Shown here piece by piece: positions 40,036-49,474 of a stretch of 64,000 nt of DNA (position 1 is its first letter; the number at the start of each line of letters is the position of its first letter). The notes under the pieces are model-generated. The model had not been told where the DNA came from. It saw only the letters and a list, made by a program, of their open reading frames with translations, and made no database searches. A program made the position numbers and the translations under genes. The stretch is from Bacteroidota bacterium (GTDB lineage Bacteria; Bacteroidota; Bacteroidia; Chitinophagales; Chitinophagaceae). The DNA lies in NCBI GenBank assembly GCA_018267705.1, contig JAFDXX010000023.1, positions 365,769-429,768 on the forward strand, in the 5' to 3' direction.

Positions 40036-40917
40036 TTATTCGCTTTTACGCTTATACTTTTTTGTTGTTATATACATTTGTATAAAAACAGACAATGCAA
40101 TTAATCCCGTTCCTACATAAAAACTTGCACTTAAATATTTGTTCTCGTGCCGTACAATAAAAGCTAATGCAATTCCATATACCGGTTCTAAATTTAATGT
40201 TAGATTTTGTGTAAATGCCGATACTTTTTGTAAAGCCTGAAACATTAAATCCATTGCTACTACTGTACACAATAATGCTAATATTAACAACCAACCAATA
40301 TCAGAAAATGTTGGAAACATATATTTAGCAGGAAAATATTTTAAATAAACCGGTAAGCATAAAAGCAAAATCAACAATCCTCCCGTCAGTTCATACAACA
40401 TCATTGTTTTGGGTGAAGCTATATGTATATACTTTTTATTGAATGTTGAAAACAAGGCAGCCAATATTGCTGAGATAATTCCCAATATAATTCCCGTTCT
40501 ATACTCTATATCAAAATGAAAAATTAAACAAATACTTAATAAGCTTAATAAACCAAGCAATAATTCAGAAAGAACAAACTTTCTTTTTACAATAATAGGT
40601 TCGAAAATAGCTGTAAACAAACCCGTTGAGGCAAAACAAACCAAACCAATAGATACGTTTGCATATTTTATACTTCCAAAAAAGCACACCCAATGTAAAG
40701 CAATTAAAAAGCCTATACCTATTAATTGCAGAATATTTTTAGCAGGCAATAATTGTAACTGTTTAGTAAATAGTAGAATAAGCAATAAAGCAATTACAGT
40801 TATGGCAATACGATAAGTAACTAATAAACCTTCATTCAACTCAATGAATACACCTAATAGTCCAGTAAAGCCTGCTAAAAAAACAGCTATATGTAGTTTT
40901 ATTAAAGCAATCTTCAT
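40036..40917 (-). CDS. EamA/DMT-family transporter (10 TM)
   Basis: 293 aa, entirely hydrophobic, with a two-fold repeat organisation typical of EamA. Confidence 0.75.
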   Translation of the reverse strand: MKIALIKLHIAVFLAGFTGLLGVFIELNEGLLVTYRIAITVIALLLILLFTKQLQLLPAKNILQLIGIGFLIALHWVCFFGSIKYANVSIGLVCFASTGLFTAIFEPIIVKRKFVLSELLLGLLSLLSICLIFHFDIEYRTGIILGIISAILAALFSTFNKKYIHIASPKTMMLYELTGGLLILLLCLPVYLKYFPAKYMFPTFSDIGWLLILALLCTVVAMDLMFQALQKVSAFTQNLTLNLEPVYGIALAFIVRHENKYLSASFYVGTGLIALSVFIQMYITTKKYKRKSE

Positions 40918-40959
40918 TCAATAAAAAACACCTTAAAAATGAGGAAGTATTTATAATAT

Positions 40960-41742
40960 TTATTTTTGTTTTGCAAAAGAATGAGAATGATGGGGAACCA
41001 CTTTTGCATTTACTTTTCTTCTGTAATTTTTAAACATGCTTTGCCATTGTATTTTTAATACTCCAAAAACGCCTTCTTTTAATATACCCTTACTCATTTT
41101 ACTGTATCCAACTTTTCTATCTTTAAAAATAATAGGTACTTCTACTATTTTAAAACCCAATTTCCACACGGCAAATTTCATTTCAATTTGGAAAGCATAT
41201 CCAACAAAATTTATTGCTTTAAAATTTATGGTTTCTAATACTCTTCGTGTATAACAAATAAAACCTGCCGTTGGATCATTGACCGGCATTGATGTTATTA
41301 ATTTTGTATATAAAGCTCCTCCTTTTGAATACAGTCTTCTATCTAAAGGCCAGTTTTCGGTTTTACCTCCACTAACATAACGGCTACCTACTGCAATATC
41401 TCCTAACTTATCTTTACATGCATTGTATAATCTTTCTAAATCAAAGGGATTGTGCGAAAAATCTGCATCCATTTCAAACACATATTCATATCCGTTTTTT
41501 AATGCCCACTTAAATCCATGAATATATGCAGTACCTAATCCTTGTTTGCCTTTACGTTCTTCTAAATGCAATTGATGCGGATATTTTTCTATTAAACTTT
41601 TTACAATTTGTGCAGTACCATCGGGTGAGTTATCATCAATAATAAGTACATGATAATTTTGGTGAAGAGAGAATACAGCATTAATTATAGCTTCTATATT
41701 ATCCTTCTCATTATAGGTTGGTATAATAACAAGTTTTTCCAA
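40960..41742 (-). CDS. GT2 polyprenol-monophosphate glycosyl (mannosyl/glucosyl) transferase, Dpm1-like
   Basis: 260 aa. IIPTYNEKDNI, IIDDNSPDGT and EMDADFSH motifs. Confidence 0.8.
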   Translation of the reverse strand: MEKLVIIPTYNEKDNIEAIINAVFSLHQNYHVLIIDDNSPDGTAQIVKSLIEKYPHQLHLEERKGKQGLGTAYIHGFKWALKNGYEYVFEMDADFSHNPFDLERLYNACKDKLGDIAVGSRYVSGGKTENWPLDRRLYSKGGALYTKLITSMPVNDPTAGFICYTRRVLETINFKAINFVGYAFQIEMKFAVWKLGFKIVEVPIIFKDRKVGYSKMSKGILKEGVFGVLKIQWQSMFKNYRRKVNAKVVPHHSHSFAKQK

Positions 41743-41829
41743 TTGAGGGGGTTATTGGTATTGTGAAATTACAATATTAAACGGATGCTTAAAATTTTTT
41801 AGGGAATATTTTCGGTAAACTCCACTATT

Positions 41830-42600
41830 TTAACCCTTCTTCAACAGTGTTCTATTAAGTATTTCGGTTAGTTTTTGTTTTGTATTCATTGAAAAATCGC
41901 CTTTCATCATCCAATCATAATATTGTGGTTCTTCTTTTAAAACTTGTGCTACCGTTTTTCCTTTATGTTTCCCAAAATTAAATATTTCAATGCCATCTTG
42001 TTTTATAAACCTTCTAGCAAAATCTACAATATCATCTTCGCCCGTAAACTTTACAATACTCTGTACAGTATTGCCAATTTGCGGATAGCGTTGTAACTGA
42101 GCTTCTAATATTTCAAAAGTAGCAGTGGCATCTATTTCGGCAGAATGTGCCCCATCTAACTGTTTGTTGCAATAAAATTTATATGCAGCAGATAATGTTC
42201 GCTGCTCCATCATATGAAATATTTTTTGAACATCTAATGTTTTAATATTATCGGTACTATATTCTAAACCGGCTCGCAAAAATTCTTCAATTAACATAGG
42301 AATATCAAACCTATTGCTATTGTATCCGGCTAAATCGCAACCATTCAAAAATTGTTTTATTTCATTGGATACTTGTTTAAAAGTGGGTGCATCTTTTACC
42401 ATTTCATCGGTTATTCCATGTACATCACTTGCTGTTTTGGGTATAGGTATTTGCGGATTAATTAGTTTTCTTTTTACTTGCTTAGTGCCATCTTGTAAAA
42501 TTTTTACAATAGCTATTTCTACTATTCTATCGGTGCTTATGTTTATGCCGGTTGTTTCTAAATCTATAAATGCAAGCGGATTAATTAATTGTAAGTTCAT
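41830..42600 (-). CDS. DnaQ-like 3'-5' exonuclease with C-terminal extension
   Basis: 256 aa. Exo motifs FIDLETTG, YNSNRFDIPML and HSAEIDATAT. Confidence 0.8.
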   Translation of the reverse strand: MNLQLINPLAFIDLETTGINISTDRIVEIAIVKILQDGTKQVKRKLINPQIPIPKTASDVHGITDEMVKDAPTFKQVSNEIKQFLNGCDLAGYNSNRFDIPMLIEEFLRAGLEYSTDNIKTLDVQKIFHMMEQRTLSAAYKFYCNKQLDGAHSAEIDATATFEILEAQLQRYPQIGNTVQSIVKFTGEDDIVDFARRFIKQDGIEIFNFGKHKGKTVAQVLKEEPQYYDWMMKGDFSMNTKQKLTEILNRTLLKKG

Positions 42601-42652
42601 TCCAATTTTTTTGTACGTGAAAGTAAATTTATTTTTTGTTGAGGAAATATTA

Positions 42653-44008
42653 TTATGCTATTTCTTTTGCAAATTGTATTACATCTAACCCATCATAATT
42701 GCCACTGCTCATTAACAACAAATTAGTATTTGAATAATCTTGTGTATACAAAAATTTCATTAGTTCTTCTTTATCGTTAATTACGGTTAAACCTGTTTTT
42801 GCAAAACCTTGTATTACTTTTTCTTTAGGCAGTAAGGGCATTCGCTTTAGTTCTAAAGCATGTTTACTATAAAACACAACGGCAACATCGGCTTTCTCCA
42901 TTGCTCCGTTATATTCTTTCATAAAGTTTTCGTTTAAACTGCTAAAAGTATGCAACTCTAAAACAGCTATTAATTTTCTATTGTTATACTGTTGTTTAAC
43001 AGCATTAATAGTTGCAATTACTTTACTGGGTGCATGTGCAAAATCTCTATAAACATTAGTAGTTGCATTACTTGCCAATAATTCTAATCTTTTAGAAGCA
43101 CCGGTAAAATTAGTTATAGCATTTACAAAATGAGCAGCATTTATATTCAATTCTTTACAAACAAAATAAGCTGCATTTAAGTTTAGTAAATTGTGATTTC
43201 CAAATACTTTTATTTCTTTTGTTAGACCTTCAATAGTAATGGTTGTTTTGCCATTTTCAATTTTATGAATTGGAAGTGTATAAGCTTGATAACGAATATC
43301 ATTACGTTTATTTTCCATAACAATATTTTTCAATACAACATCATCTTCATTATATATTAAAATACCTCCTTTTTCAATTTTATTTATGAAAATAATAAAC
43401 TGTTCTTTATAGTTTTCAAACGTTGGAAAGATATTAATATGATCCCATGCAATACCTGTAATTACTGCAATATGCGGAAATAAAAAATGAAATTTTGGTT
43501 TACGTTCAATAGCACTTGCAGGATATTCATCTGCTTCGCACACAACAATAGGTGCATTGGTAATATTTACGCTTTGTTCAAACCCTTCTAATTTTGCACC
43601 TACCAAATAATCAAACTCTTTATGGCATTGTTTTAATACATGCATTACCATACTTGTTGTAGTAGTTTTACCATGACTCCCTCCAATAGCAACTCTTATC
43701 TTATTTAAACTTTCCTGATAAATATATTCTGGGAAAGAATAAATCTTTAACCCTATTTCTTTGGCTTTTTGTAATTCAGGATTATCTGTTTTAGCGTGCA
43801 TACCTAAAATAATCGCATCAATATTTTTTGTAATTATATCTGGTTGCCAGCCTATTGTTTTCGGTAATAAACCTTCTTTCTCTAAATTGGTTTTGGCAGG
43901 TTCAAAAATCTCATCGTCTGACCCTGTTACAACATATCCTTTTTTATGTAAGGCAATAGCCAACTGATGCATGACACTTCCGCCAATAGATATAAAATGT
44001 ATTTTCAT
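42653..44008 (-). CDS. mpl: UDP-N-acetylmuramate:L-alanyl-gamma-D-glutamyl-meso-DAP ligase (Mur ligase family)
   Basis: 451 aa. Starts MKIHFISIGGSVMHQLA..., with GSHGKTTTTSM P-loop. Mpl/MurC-like organisation. Confidence 0.8.
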   Translation of the reverse strand: MKIHFISIGGSVMHQLAIALHKKGYVVTGSDDEIFEPAKTNLEKEGLLPKTIGWQPDIITKNIDAIILGMHAKTDNPELQKAKEIGLKIYSFPEYIYQESLNKIRVAIGGSHGKTTTTSMVMHVLKQCHKEFDYLVGAKLEGFEQSVNITNAPIVVCEADEYPASAIERKPKFHFLFPHIAVITGIAWDHINIFPTFENYKEQFIIFINKIEKGGILIYNEDDVVLKNIVMENKRNDIRYQAYTLPIHKIENGKTTITIEGLTKEIKVFGNHNLLNLNAAYFVCKELNINAAHFVNAITNFTGASKRLELLASNATTNVYRDFAHAPSKVIATINAVKQQYNNRKLIAVLELHTFSSLNENFMKEYNGAMEKADVAVVFYSKHALELKRMPLLPKEKVIQGFAKTGLTVINDKEELMKFLYTQDYSNTNLLLMSSGNYDGLDVIQFAKEIA

Positions 44009-44112
44009 AGTAATTACTTAATTTTTTTTCAATTTTTCAGCAATTTGTTTACAACACTTATCTTCGTAATAATAAGTTGCAAAATAAGTTGATAAACTAT
44101 TAACTTTTATCT

Positions 44113-44232
44113 ATGAAAAAATTATTCATTGCATTAGTAAGCATTTTAGTATTAGGGGCATTGTTACAATCGTGTGCACCGGCACGTGGTAAAGGCTGCC
44201 CTACAACCAACCCTCGCTATTTTAGACCATAA
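44113..44232 (+). CDS. Candidate 39-aa lipoprotein
   Basis: Hand translation MKKLFIALVSILVLGALLQSCAPARGKGCPTTNPRYFRP*. Signal peptide with lipobox-like LLQSC. Below the ORF-track cutoff. Lies 14 nt upstream of ytxJ. Confidence 0.45.
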   Translation: MKKLFIALVSILVLGALLQSCAPARGKGCPTTNPRYFRP

Positions 44233-44246
44233 TTTTCGCTTACAAA

Positions 44247-44585
44247 ATGAATTGGATACCGCTTACTACAATTGAACAGTTGCAATGTATTAAGGAACTA
44301 TCTTTCAGCAAACCACAAATCATTTTTAAACACAGCACTCGTTGCAGCATCAGCAAAATGGCTTTAAACAGATTAGAAAAATTTGAAACACCCGCTGGTG
44401 CCGATTTTTATTACCTTGATTTAATTACTTATCGAAATATTTCAAATGCAGTTGCAGAAATTTTTGATGTATATCACGAATCTCCTCAAGCAATAATAAT
44501 TAAGAACGGAACATGTGTTTACAACGAAAGCCATTCTGGTATTAATATGGAAGAGATAATGCAAGAAGCATTTTCTACAAATTAG
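44247..44585 (+). CDS. ytxJ: YtxJ-like monothiol thioredoxin-fold protein
   Basis: 112 aa. IIFKHSTRCSISKMA single-Cys motif (T-x-C-x-I-S) characteristic of YtxJ/DUF2847. Confidence 0.7.
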   Translation: MNWIPLTTIEQLQCIKELSFSKPQIIFKHSTRCSISKMALNRLEKFETPAGADFYYLDLITYRNISNAVAEIFDVYHESPQAIIIKNGTCVYNESHSGINMEEIMQEAFSTN

Positions 44586-44611
44586 TTTTAACTTTATAGA
44601 AAAATACTTTT

Positions 44612-45250
44612 ATGACAATTACAGTTTTTGGTGCAACGGGAATGGTTGGCAAACATGTTGTTCAACAAGCATTAGCCAAAGGTTATACAGTAAAAGCATT
44701 TGGAAGAAATGTAGAGATATTTTTTAATGAAGAAAGTAGAAACCACAACCTGCATACTGTAAAAGGTTATGTGTTTGATGAGGCTGAAGTTAATTATGCA
44801 ATAAAGGGCTCAGATGCTGTAATTTCTGTACTTGGCGGCAGTATTGACGGGAAAGAACAAACACGGAGTTTAGGTATAAAAAATATTATAAAGCAGATGG
44901 ACAAAAATAATGTAACCAGAATTATTGCATTAGGAGGAATGGGCATTTTAAATGCCGATACTTCCGGCAATCTGCTACTTCATAGCCATTCATATCCGGT
45001 TGAATATTTACCTGTTGGGCTTGAACATGAAGGAGCTTATAACTATTTAAAGCAATCAGACCTTAATTGGACATTTGTTTGCTCTCCTGATATTATTGAT
45101 GCCCATGCAACCGGAAATTTTGTAACCAATAAAGATTTTGAACCCATCCCTAATAATTATAAAATTAATGCAGGAGATTTAGCATTTTTTATGTTGAACG
45201 AATTACAAAAAAATGAATTTGTAAAGCACCGTGTTGGTATAAGTAATTAA
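44612..45250 (+). CDS. NAD(P)H-binding atypical SDR (NmrA/BVR-B-like)
   Basis: 212 aa with N-terminal ITVFGATGMVGKHVV Rossmann motif. Confidence 0.75.
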   Translation: MTITVFGATGMVGKHVVQQALAKGYTVKAFGRNVEIFFNEESRNHNLHTVKGYVFDEAEVNYAIKGSDAVISVLGGSIDGKEQTRSLGIKNIIKQMDKNNVTRIIALGGMGILNADTSGNLLLHSHSYPVEYLPVGLEHEGAYNYLKQSDLNWTFVCSPDIIDAHATGNFVTNKDFEPIPNNYKINAGDLAFFMLNELQKNEFVKHRVGISN

Positions 45251-45876
45251 CCACCATTACTGCAAACCCAAGCCACACAAAGGTTCTCAAACAATTTGTA
45301 ATCCAATTGTAAGTTTTCTTTTATGTTATGATGAAGAAATTTTGCGTGTATTATTCCCTCATTATGTATAGATTCAAATTGCAATTGCAACATTTTTTTA
45401 AAATCAACCTCACCCCAACCCCACCATTTATACATAGCTTCTTTACAACTCCATAACAGAGTATGTAATTGAATATTTAATATTGAATGTTGAATATTTG
45501 CTATTTCATTTTCACTTAAAAACTTATTTCTAATTTTTAGAACTTTTGGGGTAGGTATTTCAATATCAATTCCAACTCTTTCAGTTTTGCTTACAATGGC
45601 TGCCGCAAAATCTCCACAATGCGAAATTGAAAAATGGTATTGTTCGTAAGGCAAATATGGTTTACGAGTATTGGCAATTAGTATTTCTTCATTAGGAAAA
45701 TCGGGGAACAAAAATTTAAGCAAATACCTTCCTGCCAAATGTTGCAGCCGTTTATGCGGATGTGTAATTTCTCTTTGTATAGAAACAGATTGTGTAAAAA
45801 AAAATTCCGTTTCTTCAATCTTCCAAATTGCTAACCTTGTATTAGAGTTAATATTTTGTTGATAAAACAAAGGCAA
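45247..45876 (-). CDS. 4'-phosphopantetheinyl transferase (Sfp-type)
   Basis: 209 aa. ISHCGDFAAAIVS, GIDIE and WSCKEAMYKWWG motifs. Apparent TTG start, with no in-frame ATG nearby. Confidence 0.7.
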   Translation of the reverse strand: MPLFYQQNINSNTRLAIWKIEETEFFFTQSVSIQREITHPHKRLQHLAGRYLLKFLFPDFPNEEILIANTRKPYLPYEQYHFSISHCGDFAAAIVSKTERVGIDIEIPTPKVLKIRNKFLSENEIANIQHSILNIQLHTLLWSCKEAMYKWWGWGEVDFKKMLQLQFESIHNEGIIHAKFLHHNIKENLQLDYKLFENLCVAWVCSNGG

Positions 45877-45977
45877 AATAAATAATGAATTTTGAGTGAT
45901 GAAGTATTATTTTGCAAAGTACAATACATGATTGAATTTTCATGCAACATTTCATTTTTTTCATTTATAATTAATAT

Positions 45978-46514
45978 ATGATTTTATCTGACAAACGCAT
46001 TTTAGAAGAAATAGAAAAAGGCACTATTAAATTAGACCCATATAATAGAGAATGTTTAGGAAGTAATAGTTACGATGTGCATTTAGGAAGCACATTGGCA
46101 ACCTATAAAGATCATTTAATTGATGCTAAAAAACATAATACAATTGAATATTTTGAAATACCCGATGAAGGCATTGTTTTATATCCGCATATTTTTTATT
46201 TAGGTGTAACATTGGAATATACCGAAACACATGCCCATGTTCCTTTTTTAGAAGGCAAATCATCTACAGGCCGTTTGGGTATTGATATACATGCAACTGC
46301 AGGAAAAGGTGATGTTGGTTTTTGCGGCAATTGGACATTAGAAATTTCTGTAAAACAACCTGTAAAAATTTATAAAGGAATGCCTATTGGACAATTAATT
46401 TATTTTCCTGTTGATGGTGAAATTGAAATAAAGTATAACCAAAAGGCAAATGCAAAATATAGCGGACAACCAAACAAACCCGTTGAGAGTATGATGTGGA
46501 AGAATACATTTTAA
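45978..46514 (+). CDS. dcd: dCTP deaminase
   Basis: 178 aa. MILSDKRILEEIEKG N-terminus and GKSSTGRLGI motif. Confidence 0.9.
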   Translation: MILSDKRILEEIEKGTIKLDPYNRECLGSNSYDVHLGSTLATYKDHLIDAKKHNTIEYFEIPDEGIVLYPHIFYLGVTLEYTETHAHVPFLEGKSSTGRLGIDIHATAGKGDVGFCGNWTLEISVKQPVKIYKGMPIGQLIYFPVDGEIEIKYNQKANAKYSGQPNKPVESMMWKNTF

Positions 46515-46755
46515 TACCTAACAAATTGAGCGTTTGTAATACACAAAATAATTAGAGATATGAAGTTGGGCATAATGAGTAATAACAAAAACGCTTTACT
46601 ATAGAATACTTATCTATAAAAATTTTTCAAACAGATTAGTTTTTAAAATACAAATCAATCTCACTATAGGTGTAAACCAACTGAAAATTCGTGAAAATAT
46701 CATGTGAGGTTTCTTACTACATTCAAAATAGCAAAAAAATCTGAAACACATTACG

Positions 46756-48168
46756 CTAAACCGCATTTCCAAAAAACAAATAACACAATAATATAGCAGT
46801 TATTATACCTACTAAATCTGCCAATAACATAGTACCAATAGAGTATCTTGTATTCTTAATACCCACTGCACCAAAATAAACAGCTACCACATAAAAAGTT
46901 GTATCAGAAGAGCCTTGTAATATGCTGGCTAATTTTCCTGCAAAAGAATCTGGGCCGTATGCTTTCATAGTATCAAACATCATCCCTCTGGCACCACTTC
47001 CACTTAAAGGTTTCATTAAAGCAGTGGGTAAGCCATCAACAAATCTTGTATCAAAACCCATAATTCCAAATAAGTTTTTCATTCCTACTAATAATACATC
47101 AAAACTTCCGCTAGTTCTTAATAAACTAATGGCAACTAATATTCCAACCACATAAGGAATAATTTTAATACTTGTTTCAAACCCACCTTTAGCTCCATCA
47201 ACAAAAGCATCAAACACATCAATTTTTTTATAAATAGCAGCTCCCATAATAATAGCTGCAAAAATCCATAATATTAATCCGTTACTTAATAAACCTGAAA
47301 AAACTTTCATGGCATCGGGAGAAAGTGAATGAAGATAAACTACCAACAATGCAATTAATGCACTTGCCCCACCAATCCACGCCAACACAACAGGTTGAAA
47401 GATTTTTATTTTTTGTTTGAAAGAAACAATAAACAATGCAGCCATTGTTGCTGCAAAAGTTGCAATCATACAAGGAATAAAAATATCGGTTGGGCTTGCT
47501 GCTTTTACCGATGCTCTTGCTGCAATAACTGTTACCGGTACTAATGTTAAACCCGATGCATGCAAACACAAAAACATTATTTGTGCATTAGATGCTTTGG
47601 TTTTATCGGTATTTAGTTCTTGCATACTTTCCATGGCTTTAATACCAAAAGGAGTAGCAGCATTATCAAGATTTAAAAGATTAGCAGAAAAATTCATAAT
47701 CATGTGCCCCATTGCCGGATGCCCTTTGGGAATTTCAGGAAAAAGTTTTGAAAAAAATGGTCCAACAATTCTTGATAAAAACCGAATACCTCCTGCTCTT
47801 TCGGCAATACTCATAAAACCCATAAACAATGCCATAATACCAATTAAACCCAAACAAATTTCAACAGCACTTTTGCAAGTGGCAATAACACCATCGGCAG
47901 ATTGAACAGAATAACTTATATACTTGCCTTGTGCGGTTTTGCTATAAATAATATCGCCTTGTTTATATTCTTTATTTTGAGAAATTTTATTAATTATTGT
48001 TGCAGATAGTGCAGCACTATCAATAGCTTTGGTATAAGCCGTATCGCCTTGTTTGCCAACAACCATTCTACTGTATATTTCTTTTCCTCCGTTAAAAAAA
48101 GCAATTTTACAAGTAGCCACTACAATTGCTATTAAAATAAAGGCACTCCATATTCTGCTTAAAGCCAT
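46756..48168 (-). CDS. Fused SpmA/SpmB-like nucleoside-recognition (Gate) domain membrane protein
   Basis: 470 aa, polytopic, with two Gate-like halves. Confidence 0.7.
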   Translation of the reverse strand: MALSRIWSAFILIAIVVATCKIAFFNGGKEIYSRMVVGKQGDTAYTKAIDSAALSATIINKISQNKEYKQGDIIYSKTAQGKYISYSVQSADGVIATCKSAVEICLGLIGIMALFMGFMSIAERAGGIRFLSRIVGPFFSKLFPEIPKGHPAMGHMIMNFSANLLNLDNAATPFGIKAMESMQELNTDKTKASNAQIMFLCLHASGLTLVPVTVIAARASVKAASPTDIFIPCMIATFAATMAALFIVSFKQKIKIFQPVVLAWIGGASALIALLVVYLHSLSPDAMKVFSGLLSNGLILWIFAAIIMGAAIYKKIDVFDAFVDGAKGGFETSIKIIPYVVGILVAISLLRTSGSFDVLLVGMKNLFGIMGFDTRFVDGLPTALMKPLSGSGARGMMFDTMKAYGPDSFAGKLASILQGSSDTTFYVVAVYFGAVGIKNTRYSIGTMLLADLVGIITAILLCYLFFGNAV

Positions 48169-48237
48169 AAGTAACTAATGTTTAGGATTTCAAATTAACA
48201 AATTTCAAAATCTAATACCTAATTTCTTTTACAACAT

Positions 48238-48245
48238 TACATTTG
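48238..48245 (+). promoter_or_regulatory. Candidate -7 box TAcaTTTG upstream of ychF
   Basis: Identical octamer to the -7 box at 13343-13350. No clean TTG at the expected -33 position. Lies 13 nt upstream of motif copy D. Confidence 0.4.
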
Positions 48246-48258
48246 CAGCCGAAATAAA

Positions 48259-48299
48259 ATGTTCAATAAAGAACAAAACGTATAAGTGAGTGACACAAC
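48259..48299 (+). promoter_or_regulatory. Copy D of dispersed motif: aTG-N19-TATAAGTG-AGTGACACAAC
   Basis: Sequence atgttcaataaagaacaaaacgtataagtgagtgacacaac, identical to copy B (13607-13647) at 37 of 41 positions. Ends 55 nt upstream of the ychF ATG. Confidence 0.5.
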
Positions 48300-48354
48300 A
48301 ACAGACTATTAAAGAGGAACTGTTAAGTGCCTATCTTAAAAAATAAAAATTATT

Positions 48355-49452
48355 ATGAGTTTAAAAGCAGGAATTGTAGGGTTGCCCAATGTTGGTAAAT
48401 CAACTTTATTTAATGCAGTAAGTAATAGTGCTAAAGCACAAGCAAGTAATTATAGGTTTTGTACCATTGAGCCTAATACTGGTTTGGTGAATGTGCCTGA
48501 TGAACGTTTAAACAAATTGGCAGAATTAGTTAAACCTAATAGAATTGTACCTACACAATTAGAAATAGTTGATATTGCAGGTTTAGTAAAAGGTGCAAGT
48601 AAAGGAGAAGGTTTAGGAAATAAATTTTTAGGAAATATTAGAGAAGTAGATGCCATAATTCATGTAATACGTTGTTTTGAAGACGAAAATGTTTTGCGTG
48701 ATGAAGGTGCCATTAATCCGATGGGTGATAAAGATATTATTGATACCGAATTACAATTAAAAGATTTAGAAAGTGTTGAAAAAAAATTGCAACGTGCCGA
48801 AAAAATGGCAAAAACAGATCCTAAAGCAAAAATTGAGTTAGAAATTTTAAACAACTGTAAACTGCATTTAGAAGCAGGAAAAAATATTAGAAGTTTAGGA
48901 TTAAGTAAAGAAGAAAAAATGGCCGTTGCCGATTTATTTTTATTAACCGATAAATCTGTTTTATATGTTGCCAATGTTGATGAAGCCAGTATGCACACAG
49001 GCAATAAATATTCTGAAGCATTAATTAACGGCGTAAAAAATGAAGGTGCAGAAGTAATTGTAATGTGTAATAATATTGAAGCTCAAATTGCAGAATTAGA
49101 AAATGCAGATGATAAGCAAATGTTTATGGATGAATATAAAATGACGCAGCCTGCACTAAACAGAATGATAAAAAGCACTTACAAACTTTTACAATTAGAA
49201 ACCTATTTTACGGCAGGTGTACAAGAAGTAAGAGCATGGACAATTCATAACGGATGGAAAGCACCGCAAGCTGCAAGCGTAATTCATACAGATTTTGAAA
49301 AAGGTTTTATTAAAGCAGAAGTTATTTCGTATGAAGATTATGTAAAATACGGAAGTGAAGCAGCAGTAAGAGATAACGGACGTTTAAGAATTGAAGGAAA
49401 AGAATACATAGTAAAAGATGGCGATATTATGCACTTTAGGTTTAATGTATAG
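48355..49452 (+). CDS. ychF: Redox-regulated ribosome-binding ATPase YchF
   Basis: 365 aa. GIVGLPNVGKSTLFNA P-loop and C-terminal TGS-like domain ending DGDIMHFRFNV. Confidence 0.95.
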   Translation: MSLKAGIVGLPNVGKSTLFNAVSNSAKAQASNYRFCTIEPNTGLVNVPDERLNKLAELVKPNRIVPTQLEIVDIAGLVKGASKGEGLGNKFLGNIREVDAIIHVIRCFEDENVLRDEGAINPMGDKDIIDTELQLKDLESVEKKLQRAEKMAKTDPKAKIELEILNNCKLHLEAGKNIRSLGLSKEEKMAVADLFLLTDKSVLYVANVDEASMHTGNKYSEALINGVKNEGAEVIVMCNNIEAQIAELENADDKQMFMDEYKMTQPALNRMIKSTYKLLQLETYFTAGVQEVRAWTIHNGWKAPQAASVIHTDFEKGFIKAEVISYEDYVKYGSEAAVRDNGRLRIEGKEYIVKDGDIMHFRFNV

Positions 49453-49474
49453 TTCATAACTTCAAAACAATTTT

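Noticed and set aside
44051-44067. Minus-strand acgaagataagtgttgt upstream of mpl, as a motif copy
   Set aside because: Only TAAGTG is shared. The spacing to TTG is 17 and the first -7 base is G. That is too weak a match.
45247-45250. Convergent genes sharing overlapping stop codons (TTAA)
   Set aside because: This is a common compact-genome arrangement with no further signal.
46515-46755. 241-nt convergent gap after dcd, as a possible sRNA locus
   Set aside because: It contains only a long-range agcgttt/aaacgct pairing with a loop of about 50 nt. No promoter box or terminator was found, so the evidence is insufficient.
47417-47905. 162-aa plus-strand ORF antisense to the SpmA/B-like gene. 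Similar antisense ORFs occur at 18427-18843, 14956-15318, 9640-9984, 4493-4834, 4955-5296, 3672-3980 and 19491-19841
   Set aside because: They lie fully inside well-supported genes on the opposite strand and have low-complexity or biased composition. These are typical shadow ORFs.
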